A DNA stretch of 62,426 nt, the filler included, from Nitrospirae bacterium CG2_30_53_67 (GTDB lineage: Bacteria; CG2-30-53-67), in NCBI GenBank assembly GCA_001873285.1. It is 7 parts of 7 records of this genome, joined end to end, with 100 filler letters (N's around TTAATTAATTAA, not from the genome) between each part and the next. Parts side by side here need not be neighbours in the genome. Positions count along the whole stretch, not along the records: positions 7,157 to 25,329 come from MNYV01000082.1; positions 25,430 to 44,715 come from MNYV01000062.1; 5 more parts are not named here. The stretch is one strand, 5' to 3'. The position numbers and the translations under genes were made by a program. The notes under the pieces are model-generated. The model made no database searches, had not been told where the DNA came from, and saw only the letters and a program-made list of their open reading frames with translations. How positions within the stretch are numbered: position 1 is the first letter of the stretch; the number at the start of each line of letters is the position of its first letter. Shown piece after piece: positions 19,929 to 29,365 of the stretch.

Positions 19929-22013
19929 CTACCCTAAAGGAAACTTGAGAACAAACTGGCTCCCCCTGTTGGGTATGCTGCTTACCTCTATGTCTCCGCC
20001 ATGGGCCTCCATGATGGTTTTGCACTGGTAAAGACCGATCCCAAGCCCTTTCTTCTTGGTAGAGATAAAAGGCTTGAAGAGCCGGCTTCTTATAAACTCT
20101 TCGGTCATTCCTATTCCATTGTCCAGAAATTCAACATGGACGCACCCATTCTTCGAATATGAAGAGACCTCAATCCTTCCCCTTCCTGCAGGAAGGGATT
20201 GAATAGCATTCAGCGTCAAATTTACAAGGACTTTCTTGACATACTCGGCGTCAGCCTGAATCTGCGGGAGGTCGTTTAAATCCGTTAAAATTTCAAGCCC
20301 CTTGATGCTTCCCGCCTTGGTGCTTTCCAAGACTTCCGTAATCAGCCGGTTGATGTGGACTGGGTTTTTCTTTATCTCCAGCTTTTTGGGAAGTGTGGAG
20401 AGCTTTTCAATGAGTTCCTTCATCTTATCCACGGTGTTCAGCAGCGTGGAGAGGAGATCCTTTTGAAATTCCGGTTTATCCATGTTTTGCTCGGCATTTT
20501 GGAGAACAAGTGAGATGGAGGAGACCAGATTTTTCATATCATGAACCAGGAATGAGGAGATCTTATGAAAGGATTCCGTCTCTTTGGTGACCGCCACCTC
20601 CTCTATCCATTTTGCGCTGGCAATAGCGCCGGCAGCCTGATGGGCAATGATCTTCAGGAGTTCATAATCCTCTTCGGAATAATCTCCTCCATTCATCACG
20701 CCACTTAAAGTGATCATCCCCTCAAGCTGATCACCCGTTCGCAGGGGGACTACCATGGCAATCTTAAAGCGCTTAAAGAAATCTTCGTGGCGGCTGAGAA
20801 TATTCTGGACATCAGGATCTTTGGACTCGAGAGGTTCCGAGTGGTGCAGTAAATATTGAACCAAAGGGGATTCTTCCCGCAGCAATTCAGCTTTTTTAGG
20901 GAGATTCCTGCTCTTGCTAAAACAAAGATCGCCGCTTCGTTCATTATACAGCCATATGGAGACCTGATTGACCCAGAGCGTCTCGGTAATCATCTCGATG
21001 ATTTTGAGAAGAAGATTCGGAAGGTCATGAGCTTCGCTGATCTTCCGGGTGAACTCATTCCATTCCAGACGATAGTCATACTTGTAACGGTAGAAATGAA
21101 CATTGACAAAACGTTTTAATCTTTTTTGCAGATTTGAGGAGAGAAGAAAAACGGCGAGAAGAATCAAGGTGAATGATACGAATGTTGCGGTCAGGAGCAG
21201 ATCCCAACGGCCTCCGATACTTCTGACCAGATAGCCCAGAATACCGATCACCAGAAGGTAAAGTCCAACTCCAAAGGCCGCAACCGAGGTATAGACCACG
21301 TGACGGGAAACAAAGATATCCACCTTCAGCAAGCGGTGCCGGATCACGGCAAATGAGATCATTCCCCAGCAGATCGCATAGACAACGAATCCTGCCAGCA
21401 GGAGATCCAGGTGGATCGAATGGTAGAGCAGAAGGATGCTCCCCAAAAAGAGCGAATAGAGGCTGCCGGATGTAATACCCAGCAAAAGGAACTTCAGCCT
21501 TTCTCTCTGGATCCCATGGATGGCACGATACGTCTGCTCCATCTGCAGGAAAATAACCAAAAGGCTCAGGATCAGGTAGACACTGAAGGCGGCGCCGACA
21601 GGGCCGAAGAGAATGATCCATTTGCCCGAGACCAGACTGATTGCTTGAAGAAAGCCCGGATTGAATGCATATAAGGAGAATAAAATGCCGGCAAAACTCA
21701 CAGCGGGAACGGCCACTTTTTTAAATCCCCTGAAAAATGGGAACGGCATCTGAATGTGGTGAAAGGAGAAGAGAACAACGAGGATGGGATTCAGTGAGGC
21801 GAAGACCAGAGATCCTCTCAGATAGACCATGTCAATTCCGGAAGGAAGCCATCGCAAAGCCATGAAGAACGAGAATGCCATGAGGCTTTGCAAGATAGCC
21901 GCTCCGCCCAGGGCATAAGCTGCCGTCTTCTTTCTGCTCCGGGTCAGGAGGAGGATCCCGACGGCCAAAGAGACTATGGCCAGGATGCTTGAAAGCAAGG
22001 AATAGATATTCAT
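19929..22013 (-). CDS. prsK: PEP-CTERM system histidine kinase PrsK-like (multi-TM, GAF, HisKA, HATPase)
   Basis: FVNVHFYRYKYDYRLEW, SFLVHDMKNL, NAEQNMDKPEFQKD, GLGIGLYQC. Confidence 0.85.
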   Translation of the reverse strand: MNIYSLLSSILAIVSLAVGILLLTRSRKKTAAYALGGAAILQSLMAFSFFMALRWLPSGIDMVYLRGSLVFASLNPILVVLFSFHHIQMPFPFFRGFKKVAVPAVSFAGILFSLYAFNPGFLQAISLVSGKWIILFGPVGAAFSVYLILSLLVIFLQMEQTYRAIHGIQRERLKFLLLGITSGSLYSLFLGSILLLYHSIHLDLLLAGFVVYAICWGMISFAVIRHRLLKVDIFVSRHVVYTSVAAFGVGLYLLVIGILGYLVRSIGGRWDLLLTATFVSFTLILLAVFLLSSNLQKRLKRFVNVHFYRYKYDYRLEWNEFTRKISEAHDLPNLLLKIIEMITETLWVNQVSIWLYNERSGDLCFSKSRNLPKKAELLREESPLVQYLLHHSEPLESKDPDVQNILSRHEDFFKRFKIAMVVPLRTGDQLEGMITLSGVMNGGDYSEEDYELLKIIAHQAAGAIASAKWIEEVAVTKETESFHKISSFLVHDMKNLVSSISLVLQNAEQNMDKPEFQKDLLSTLLNTVDKMKELIEKLSTLPKKLEIKKNPVHINRLITEVLESTKAGSIKGLEILTDLNDLPQIQADAEYVKKVLVNLTLNAIQSLPAGRGRIEVSSYSKNGCVHVEFLDNGIGMTEEFIRSRLFKPFISTKKKGLGIGLYQCKTIMEAHGGDIEVSSIPNRGSQFVLKFPLG

Positions 22014-22081
22014 GACTTTATCTGAATGAATTTACGGAAATTTTGTTTATTATGGCATAGATCGCAAAACGCGTCTATAAG

Positions 22082-22116
22082 AAAAAAGAGGCAGGAGAGA
22101 TTTCTCCTGCCTCTTT
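22082..22116 (-). terminator. Intrinsic terminator after the surface-protein gene
   Basis: 14-bp stem aaagaggcaggaga/tctcctgcctcttt with a U-tract on the minus strand. Confidence 0.75.
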
Positions 22117-22130
22117 CAGGATCAAGAGGT

Positions 22131-25001
22131 TTATCCCTTTCTCGTCCGTCTCAATACCAAGAGGATGAATGGGGGGATGAAGAGAAGGAATCCATCCGGG
22201 ATACTCCCGTGGTTTTGTGAAACTCGGCATCCGCCGCCGCCACCACCGCCGCCGGAACCGGCTGCCGGACTATCGGCGGGCGCGCTTATGGCCTCCTCCG
22301 GCTCCGAGATAAAGCCGGGGTCCTCGATGATGCCGTTTGCGATGTGGTCTGTATCACCCACACCGCCATCGGCCAGGGTAAATGACATGATATTTCCGGA
22401 AACCATGGCATCCACCTGAGTATAACCGATGTTCGGATCGTACTTCCAATACTGGGAATTCTTTTTAAAATTCCGGCCAATGATGACCTGCACGGTTACC
22501 GTTTCACCGACATTGATATCTCTCAGCTTGAACTGCAGGCCGCCATATCTTAATGGCACCGAAGGTTTCCACCTCTCCGTTAAGATGGCATCAGGGATAA
22601 ACGCCGCATCCGTGATACGGCAGCCGTTTCTACCGACCTTCAAGGCCATCTTCCCGATCTTCCCGACAAAGGAAGCGATGGTCTCATCCTTCCTGTCGGG
22701 TATTCCATTCCCATCCATATCTTCTCTTGACTCTTCAATGTCCGGGATCCCGTCATTATCCGAGTCAGGATCCAGGGCATTGATGATCCCGTCTTCATCC
22801 GTATCTTCCGGGCTATTCATGTTTCCAATCTCTTCCGAGTCAGTAATGCCGTCCTGATCACTGTCGGTGAGATTCGGGTTCAGTCCAATACTCGTCTCCT
22901 GTATATTCGTGAATCCGTCTCCGTCCTGGTCACCGAGCGGCCCATCCGTATCATCTTGATCAATATAGTTGGGAGCGCCGTCTCCATCAACATCTCCCAT
23001 TCCTTCATCTTTATCAGAATGGCCGTCATTATCCGAATCGGTATCCAGGGCGTCGATGATCCCGTCTCCATCCGAATCAAGCGGCCATGGAAGTGATCCG
23101 AATTCTGTTCCGTCATCCATCCCGTCACCATCAGAGTCCGCAAGGTTGGGATTCATCATATAGGTGACCTCGGTCGAATTATTGATCCCGTCTTCGTCCT
23201 GATCACCGAGCGGCCCATCACTATCGTCTTTATCGATATAGTTTAGAGCGCCGTCGCCGTCAACATCTCCTGCCCCTTCAATACTGTCGGCTTTCCCGTC
23301 ATTATCCGAGTCGAGGTCCAGGGCATCGATGATCCCGTCTCCATCCGTGTCCAGAGGAGTCAAGAGAGATCCCCACTCTACAAAATCGGAGATCCCGTCC
23401 CCATCCGAATCTGCTGACTGCGGATTGAGGCCATATTTGATTTCAAGCTCATCCGTCAGACCATCGTTGTCGGCATCCTGGGTGGAAGAAGGATTGGCCA
23501 CACTGATGGTTATGGCTGAACTCGCCTGTGCTCCGCCGTTATCCGTCACGGTCAACGTTGCCGTGTAGGTACCGGCGGCGCTGTAGGTGTGAGACGGGTT
23601 CGTGCTCGTAGATGTCGAGCCGTCGCCAAAATTCCAGCTATAGGAAACAATCGTCCCGTCACTGTCCGAGGCCGAGGCTGTAAAGCTTACGGCCAGCGGG
23701 GCCGTGCCGCTTGAGGGCGAAGCCGCGATGGATGCCGTGGGGGCCTGGTTCGGCGCAGAGACCACGATCTGTTTCGTGGCCGAGCCCGTGGCCCCGCTGT
23801 TATCTGTGACCGTAAGGGTTACGGTGAAGGTCCCGGGGGAGTCAAAAATATGTGAGGGATTTTGAATATTTGCGCTTGACCCGTCCCCAAAGTTCCATGT
23901 ATAATTTGTAACCGTTCCATCAGTATCGGCGCCGGTACCACTAAAGCTGACCGAAAGGGGCGCAATCCCTTCGGTCGGCGTGGCGCCGATTGCCGCCGTG
24001 GGCGGCACATTTGTCGGCGGAGGCGCCGCCTCGACCACCACCAATACCGTATCCGGATTGCTCTGCAACTTGCCATCGCTGACCACGAGCTGAAAACCCA
24101 GGGTCTGTCCCGAAACAGCCGTTGTTACCGAGAAGAAGGGGGTGGCCGTAGTCCCTCCCATCAGGTTCACGAAGGAACCTTGCGTTTGTGTCCAGGAGAA
24201 AGTCAACGCATTGCCGTCCGGGTCCGAACTTGAAGAACCGTTCAGGGTTACCTGGACGCTCCCTTGGGACAATTGTGATTGGGTCACGCTCATATCCGGC
24301 CCGGCATTGGCTGTCGGAGCATGGTTCACTGAAGGCGGAGGAGAGACCACAACGATTTGAACACTGTTCAGGCCGGTTGCTCCTCCATCGTCAGTAACGG
24401 TAAGAGTGGCCGTGTAGTTTCCAACTGAACCATAGGTGTGCGTGGTATTTTGTGATGACGAATTTGATCCGTCTCCAAATGACCATGAATAGCTCGATAC
24501 CGTTCCATCAGTATCGGCGCCGGCGCCACTAAAGCTGACCGAAAGGGGCGCAATCCCTTCGGTCGGCGTGGCGCCGATTGCCGCCGTAGGCGGGCTGTTG
24601 CCTACAGGATCAACCGCCGTAATCTCATTCGAATACCCGCTTTCATTAGAACTCGTATCATAGGCAGTTACCGCAATATAATACGTCGTCCCCGTGGTCA
24701 GGCCGGAGAGGGCAAATGCCGGGTTTGAGGGGTCGGCAAGCGATGATACGGGTACGGTGATCGGCGAGTCGCCTTGTGCCAGGCCCGCACCGTCGTAAGG
24801 CGCTCCGGATTGATCCGTGTCATAGTAGATCTTATACCCGGCAAGGTCCGTGCACGGCGTCCCGTCCGCATTCGTTGTGGAAGGCTGCCAGGCCAAGGTA
24901 ATCGAGGCCTCCGCCCTATTTGTTCCAGCAGAGATAATAATAAAGAAAAAAAGTGCGAAGATCCCTTTGGCCAACCCATCTCTTAATGCAATATGTTTCA
25001 T
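22131..25001 (-). CDS. Large surface/adhesin-like protein: signal peptide, FN3, four PKD-like domains, TSP3-like DxDxDG repeats, choice-of-anchor-U-like domain, Gly-rich-Cys-TM-basic sorting tail
   Basis: Start MKHIALRDG at 25001 with RBS. WSFGDG/WNFGDG PKD motifs, many DSDGDG repeats, LADGGVGDTDHIANGIIEDPG, GGGGGGGGC...LLFIPPFILLVLRRTRKG. Confidence 0.85.
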   Translation of the reverse strand: MKHIALRDGLAKGIFALFFFIIISAGTNRAEASITLAWQPSTTNADGTPCTDLAGYKIYYDTDQSGAPYDGAGLAQGDSPITVPVSSLADPSNPAFALSGLTTGTTYYIAVTAYDTSSNESGYSNEITAVDPVGNSPPTAAIGATPTEGIAPLSVSFSGAGADTDGTVSSYSWSFGDGSNSSSQNTTHTYGSVGNYTATLTVTDDGGATGLNSVQIVVVSPPPSVNHAPTANAGPDMSVTQSQLSQGSVQVTLNGSSSSDPDGNALTFSWTQTQGSFVNLMGGTTATPFFSVTTAVSGQTLGFQLVVSDGKLQSNPDTVLVVVEAAPPPTNVPPTAAIGATPTEGIAPLSVSFSGTGADTDGTVTNYTWNFGDGSSANIQNPSHIFDSPGTFTVTLTVTDNSGATGSATKQIVVSAPNQAPTASIAASPSSGTAPLAVSFTASASDSDGTIVSYSWNFGDGSTSTSTNPSHTYSAAGTYTATLTVTDNGGAQASSAITISVANPSSTQDADNDGLTDELEIKYGLNPQSADSDGDGISDFVEWGSLLTPLDTDGDGIIDALDLDSDNDGKADSIEGAGDVDGDGALNYIDKDDSDGPLGDQDEDGINNSTEVTYMMNPNLADSDGDGMDDGTEFGSLPWPLDSDGDGIIDALDTDSDNDGHSDKDEGMGDVDGDGAPNYIDQDDTDGPLGDQDGDGFTNIQETSIGLNPNLTDSDQDGITDSEEIGNMNSPEDTDEDGIINALDPDSDNDGIPDIEESREDMDGNGIPDRKDETIASFVGKIGKMALKVGRNGCRITDAAFIPDAILTERWKPSVPLRYGGLQFKLRDINVGETVTVQVIIGRNFKKNSQYWKYDPNIGYTQVDAMVSGNIMSFTLADGGVGDTDHIANGIIEDPGFISEPEEAISAPADSPAAGSGGGGGGGGCRVSQNHGSIPDGFLLFIPPFILLVLRRTRKG
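23911..24593. repeat. 95-bp near-identical direct repeat (23911-24005 and 24499-24593) between two PKD-coding segments
   Basis: Manual alignment gives 3 mismatches. Confidence 0.85.
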
Positions 25002-25014
25002 AATACTTCCCCTA

Positions 25015-25054
25015 AAATAAAAAAGCCGCCAAGAAGGATGATTCCTCTGGCGGC
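25015..25054 (-). terminator. Riboswitch expression-platform terminator
   Basis: gccgcc-agaggaatcatccttctt-ggcggc plus U-tract; overlaps the P1 3' strand of the aptamer. Confidence 0.75.
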
Positions 25055-25190
25055 CCGGCTGACATGAAATACAGTGTCGGTGATCCGTGATCAGTGCCAG
25101 TAAAATCACGGACACTTAATCACTCACACTGTTTCTGACGTCCCGTAACTCTGCGTCCCACGGTTTCCCGTGGTTTGCTCTGAGCAAAGG
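25044..25190 (-). ncRNA. GEMM-I (c-di-GMP-I family) riboswitch, A20 variant, with long P3 extension
   Basis: Minus strand CCUUUG-CUCAG-A-GC-AAACCACGG-GAAA-CCGUGG-GACGC-AGAGUUACGGGAC...GUCAGCCGGGCCGC-CAGAGG. GNRA loop, P1 and a compensatory GAC/GUC pair are present. Confidence 0.85.
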
Positions 25191-25240
25191 AGCTATGTTG
25201 CCGATTGCTTATGACATGGCATTCAACTCCGCAATGGGGC

Positions 25241-25285
25241 AAATAAAAAACCCATCACACCGCGAAAGGCATGATGGGTAAAAAA
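25241..25285 (-). terminator. Second intrinsic terminator in the same leader
   Basis: acccatca...tgatgggt stem; T-tract follows on the minus strand. Confidence 0.7.
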
Positions 25286-25458
25286 TTCCAAGGCGTATGT
25301 GCGCCTAAATTTTCCACCACTTCGGGATGNNNNNNNNNNNNNNNNNNNNNNNNNNNNNNNNNNNNNNNNNNNNTTAATTAATTAANNNNNNNNNNNNNNN
25401 NNNNNNNNNNNNNNNNNNNNNNNNNNNNNACATTTTTTTGAGCATATAGAATAAAGTA

Positions 25459-25474
25459 CGCAAAATATATGCCA
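25459..25474 (-). promoter_or_regulatory. sigma54 (-24/-12) promoter pointing into the gap
   Basis: Minus strand TGGCAT-ATATT-TTGCG (GG-N10-GC) in an AT-rich intergenic region. Confidence 0.7.
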
Positions 25475-25593
25475 TAAAAAAAGTTTTTAAAGTTTTTGGG
25501 GGTTAAATTAACTAACATCTTGTGTTTAAAAGAATTTTCCTAAATTATTCTGTAGGTTGGCAAGAATATAAAAATATTATAATTTGAGAATAA

Positions 25594-25629
25594 GAGAAAA
25601 GTTTTTCTCAAAAAAGGAAAAACTTTTCC
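25594..25629. promoter_or_regulatory. Two palindromic putative enhancer (bEBP) sites
   Basis: GAGAAAA-GT-TTTTCTC and GGAAAA-AC-TTTTCC, centres 21 bp apart, 130-150 bp upstream of the sigma54 motif. Confidence 0.5.
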
Positions 25630-25672
25630 ATATCTGAGTAAATTGACATGTATGAAAATAAAGGATAAAGCA

Positions 25673-26044
25673 TCAGTGGATGTACTTCTTGACCACTTCC
25701 AGAAGGGTATGGGACTGGATCGGTTTGGCGATATAATCGTTTGCGCCCAGGGCGAGACCTCTTTTCTTGTCTTCTTCAGCGCCTTCGGTGGTGATGATGA
25801 TGATCGGGATGCTCCGCTTCTTTTCGTCGTTTCGTATTAAACTGACGAGCTTCAGCCCGTCCATAACCGGCATGTTGATATCGGTCAGGATCAGATCGAA
25901 GTTCTGACCGGAGAGTTTCTTCCATCCGTCGACGCCGTCCGTTGCCTCCACCAGGCTGCAATCAGAGAGCCTTTTGAGGGAGAAGATGATCAGCTGCCTC
26001 ATGGTGGGCGAGTCCTCAACGATCAGAATGTTGTGCTTTGCCAT
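25673..26044 (-). CDS. CheY-like single-domain response regulator
   Basis: ILIVEDS, LTDINMPVMDG, ITTE, YIAKP. Confidence 0.93.
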   Translation of the reverse strand: MAKHNILIVEDSPTMRQLIIFSLKRLSDCSLVEATDGVDGWKKLSGQNFDLILTDINMPVMDGLKLVSLIRNDEKKRSIPIIIITTEGAEEDKKRGLALGANDYIAKPIQSHTLLEVVKKYIH

Positions 26045-26079
26045 GCCCTCTGCTCCTTCATGATAAAGGGGTCCTCATC

Positions 26080-26101
26080 CCTGCCTGTCGCGGCAGACAG
26101 G
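26080..26101. repeat. Short CCTGYCTG...CAGRCAGG palindromic (REP-like) element
   Basis: cctgcctgtcgcggcagacagg; same termini as the in-frame insertion at 51355. Confidence 0.5.
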
Positions 26102-26102
26102 T

Positions 26103-26957
26103 CTACTCAGGTTTCCGCTCAGGTGTTTCGGTCAGAAGGTCCAGAAAACCCTGAATCGTCGAAAGTTTGCGTTCCGATTGCGAATAAAGTTTTGCGCTGT
26201 AAATGGCGGTGGCCGCATGGCTCGCCAGAAGATTGAAGAGTTCGTAGTCGATGTTCTTGAACTGCTCCTTCTGAACCAGGAGACTGTAAATGACCAGCAG
26301 GCCGATGACGCTCTCTTTGATTTTCAACGGCACGCAGGCAACCGGTTTTTCCAGATCAATTTCCCCGCGCTTGATCATGCTTTCTGAAAAATAACTTTCG
26401 CCGTTCTTGGCCACTTCACCGATGATCCCTTGACCGATCTTGATGTTCTTGACCTGATGGACCTCGATCCCCTCCGCGGCCACGGTAGCCATCTCGTTGT
26501 GTTTCTCGTCCAGAAGCATGAGACAGAAGGTCTCGGCGCCGACCAGGTTGATGACGATCTCCAGGACGATCCGGAGCACTTCTTTATAGTCCAGGGTTGA
26601 ATGAAGCTGATGGCTTGCGATATAGAGATTGGCCAGGTTGTTGTTTTCTTCCTGCACCACGATATACCGGTCCGCGAAATCCTTGTTCTCTTTTTCGACC
26701 TCTTCGTGTCTTTTCAGCAGGCGCTCCTTGTCATCTGCAAGGGCTTTGATCTCCTGTTCCATTTTCGCCAGGCGGTCATGCAGATTTGCATCCTCGCCGC
26801 CGGTCTGGATTTGTTCTTGCATCTGCATGATTCTGTAACGGAGCTTCTCATTCTCATCCATCAGCTCTTTGGTGAATTCGGCTCCTTTATAAAAGACCTG
26901 AAGAAACTCTTCTCCCTTATGCCGGGGCCATTCTCCTGGGATTTTTTTCTCCGTCAT
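26103..26957 (-). CDS. Coiled-coil plus GAF domain protein of the chemosensory cluster
   Basis: N-terminal coiled coil, NNNLANLYIASHQLHSTLD, GAF-like C-terminus (GIIGEVA, CVPLK, LASHAATAI). Confidence 0.8.
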   Translation of the reverse strand: MTEKKIPGEWPRHKGEEFLQVFYKGAEFTKELMDENEKLRYRIMQMQEQIQTGGEDANLHDRLAKMEQEIKALADDKERLLKRHEEVEKENKDFADRYIVVQEENNNLANLYIASHQLHSTLDYKEVLRIVLEIVINLVGAETFCLMLLDEKHNEMATVAAEGIEVHQVKNIKIGQGIIGEVAKNGESYFSESMIKRGEIDLEKPVACVPLKIKESVIGLLVIYSLLVQKEQFKNIDYELFNLLASHAATAIYSAKLYSQSERKLSTIQGFLDLLTETPERKPE

Positions 26958-27104
26958 AAAATCATAACTCCTTGCATTGGGTCTTTATCTCCATGCCCCC
27001 TTTGAACCGGGAGAAGGGGAACCTGTATCGGATGCGATTGTGTTATAGGATCGTATAGGTCTATGCTATCCCAAAAGTCCATAATAATCAAGAAAATTAA
27101 ACAG

Positions 27105-28223
27105 TTATAGGTTGTCCCCGCTGCAGATGGATAAAATCTTGTCCGTGATGTCTCCCAGGCCGAGAATATGGTCAACGACCCCTTCTTTGATCGCTTCAGC
27201 CGGCATCCCGAAGACGATGGCCGTCTCCTCGGACTCGGCTATGGTTTCCCCGTTCATTTGCTTGATGGCCTTCATGCCGAGTTTCCCGTCATCCCCCATA
27301 CCGGTCAGAAGGACCCCCAATGTCCGGCTTCCATAAATGGCGGAGGAGGATTCCATCATGGCATTGACCGAGGGGACGAACTTATCCTGTTCTCTCTGCG
27401 GGCCGAGGGTGACGCGGACGATGCCGTTATACTTTTTGAGGGTCATGTTCATCCCGCCCGGCGCGATCAGAACAAGGCCCGGGCGGACTTCATCCCCCTC
27501 TTCGGCTTCTTTGACGTCCAGTGCGCACGATTCGTGCAGGCGCTCGGCAAAGAAGTGGGTAAAGCTTGGAGGCATGTGCTGGACCACGGCAACGGCTGAA
27601 GGAAAGTTTGCCGGCAGCCGCGTCAGAATCGTCTGCAGGGCGGGAGGGCCGCCCGTGGATGCGCCGATCGCCACCAGGTCGATTTGAGATTTTGAAGCCG
27701 AAGCAAGAACCGGCGCCTCCTTCACCCGTTGAACCCGGCGGGAATCCAGCCGGTCCGTGATTTTGTCTATCTTAAGGCTTCGAAGCGCCGTAAGTTTCTC
27801 GATGAGCGTCTCCTGGATGAAGGAGAGCTCCGGGCTGATCTTCCGGGTCGGTTTTACAATAAAGTCAACAGCGCCGAGATCCAGGGCCTTCAGAATATTC
27901 TCCTCGGCGCCTGCAGAGCTGATGATCATGACGGGCGTGGGCTGGTTGTGCATGAGCCAGCGAAGGAACGTGAACCCGTCCATCTCCGGCATCTCAAGAT
28001 CGAGTGTAATAAAATTCGGCTTAAGACGGATAGCCATGGTAATGGCTTCCTGCCCATTGTAGGCGGTGCCCACCACCTCTGAATCCGGCAAAGAGTTCAG
28101 GGCGTTCGAGATGAGGCGCATCGAATAAGCGGAATCATCCACCACCAGGGCCCGAATATGTTTCAAGGACATTTTCTCCGGCATCTCTTGGTCTTTCCTT
28201 CTAATATCCGGTTCTTCTCCCAT
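27105..28223 (-). CDS. cheB: Chemotaxis response regulator methylesterase CheB (start may be 28184)
   Basis: REC domain plus GASTGG, QHMP, LTGMGDDG, FGMP. Confidence 0.95.
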   Translation of the reverse strand: MGEEPDIRRKDQEMPEKMSLKHIRALVVDDSAYSMRLISNALNSLPDSEVVGTAYNGQEAITMAIRLKPNFITLDLEMPEMDGFTFLRWLMHNQPTPVMIISSAGAEENILKALDLGAVDFIVKPTRKISPELSFIQETLIEKLTALRSLKIDKITDRLDSRRVQRVKEAPVLASASKSQIDLVAIGASTGGPPALQTILTRLPANFPSAVAVVQHMPPSFTHFFAERLHESCALDVKEAEEGDEVRPGLVLIAPGGMNMTLKKYNGIVRVTLGPQREQDKFVPSVNAMMESSSAIYGSRTLGVLLTGMGDDGKLGMKAIKQMNGETIAESEETAIVFGMPAEAIKEGVVDHILGLGDITDKILSICSGDNL

Positions 28224-28523
28224 CTATCGGGTGAAAAAGGTTACGCTTCGCGTGTACCGCTTTTCTCCATTTTTGTCGTTAGATCCCGGCATCTCCTTGA
28301 ATCTATTCTTGACGGGCCGGGACCGTCTGCGACGGCTGCTACACTGAAGTATCTTGGGGTCCCAGGGGTCCAGGGGTCAAGGATTCAAGTGAAATACTGA
28401 AACACAAGCAAAATCTCCAGAGAAAAACCCTTAAACCCTAGAACCCCCGGCCCCTTATTTTTTTAGCACTTCACTTGACCCCTGGAATCCTTGAACCCTT
28501 GACCCCTGATTTTTTCACCCACT
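28210..28523 (-). mobile_element. Repeat element A between cheR and cheB
   Basis: Minus strand AGTGGGTGAAAAAATCAGGGG...8-mer tracts...TTTTCACCCGATAGATGGGAGAAGAACC. Confidence 0.75.
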
Positions 28524-29365
28524 CACGGCTTCTGGTACACCATGTCGTTTTTCAGGTGTTTGAGACGGAACGCCGTGGACAGGTTGATCAGGGATTCCGA
28601 ATGACCGACGAGGAGGTAGCCTCCTCCGTTCAGTTGTCTCTCAAAATGCGATATGACGTTCTTTTTGGCTTCCTGATCGAAATAGATGATGACGTTCCTG
28701 CAGAAGATGACATCCATCTTCCCGAGCAGAAATATCTTGGTGCTGTCGAAAAGGTTCAGGTATCCGAAATTGACCAGTTTTCTTACCGGGTCGATGATCC
28801 TCTTTTTATCATTGGCATCCATAAAGTATCTCCTGATGTATTCTTCCTTGGTGGTCCTGAAAGAAGACTTGCCGTATTCTCCTTTCCTCGCAACCTGCAG
28901 GACGCGGTGGCTGATGTCGCTTGCGAAGATTTCGACGTCCCATCCGCTGAAGAGTTGAGATTCGAGAATGAGCATGGCGATGGTATGGGGCTCCTCGCCG
29001 GTTGAACATCCTGCGCTCCAGATCCTGAGAGACCGGTCCCCCTGCTTCATCTTCTTCTCCTTGAGTTCCTGGAGGATCTCTTCAGAGAACGCCTTGAGCT
29101 GTTGTTCCTCTCTGAAGAAGTAGGTCTCATTGATCGTCAGGATATCTATGATGGAGCTGAGTTCATCGGATCGGTTCTTATCGTACATGAGGAAATAGTA
29201 ATAATCCTGGAAATCCCTGAGCTGGTGCATGGAGACACGGTTGGACAGGCGCTTCTCAAAAAAGTATTTTGAGTTGTCGTCGAATGTAAGGCCGCAAAAC
29301 TTGTAAATGAGCTCTCTCATCAACCGATAGGTGGAGTCGCTCATGGAATAGGTCTGATCGAACAT
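28523..29365 (-). CDS. cheR: Chemotaxis methyltransferase CheR
   Basis: TINETYFFRE, IWSAGCSTGEEP, DVIFCRNVIIYF, GHSES. Confidence 0.96.
   Translation of the reverse strand: MFDQTYSMSDSTYRLMRELIYKFCGLTFDDNSKYFFEKRLSNRVSMHQLRDFQDYYYFLMYDKNRSDELSSIIDILTINETYFFREEQQLKAFSEEILQELKEKKMKQGDRSLRIWSAGCSTGEEPHTIAMLILESQLFSGWDVEIFASDISHRVLQVARKGEYGKSSFRTTKEEYIRRYFMDANDKKRIIDPVRKLVNFGYLNLFDSTKIFLLGKMDVIFCRNVIIYFDQEAKKNVISHFERQLNGGGYLLVGHSESLINLSTAFRLKHLKNDMVYQKP

Noticed and set aside
25002..25115. N-terminal extension of the 994-aa ORF
   Set aside because: It overlaps the riboswitch and terminator; the ATG at 25001 has an RBS and gives a signal peptide.
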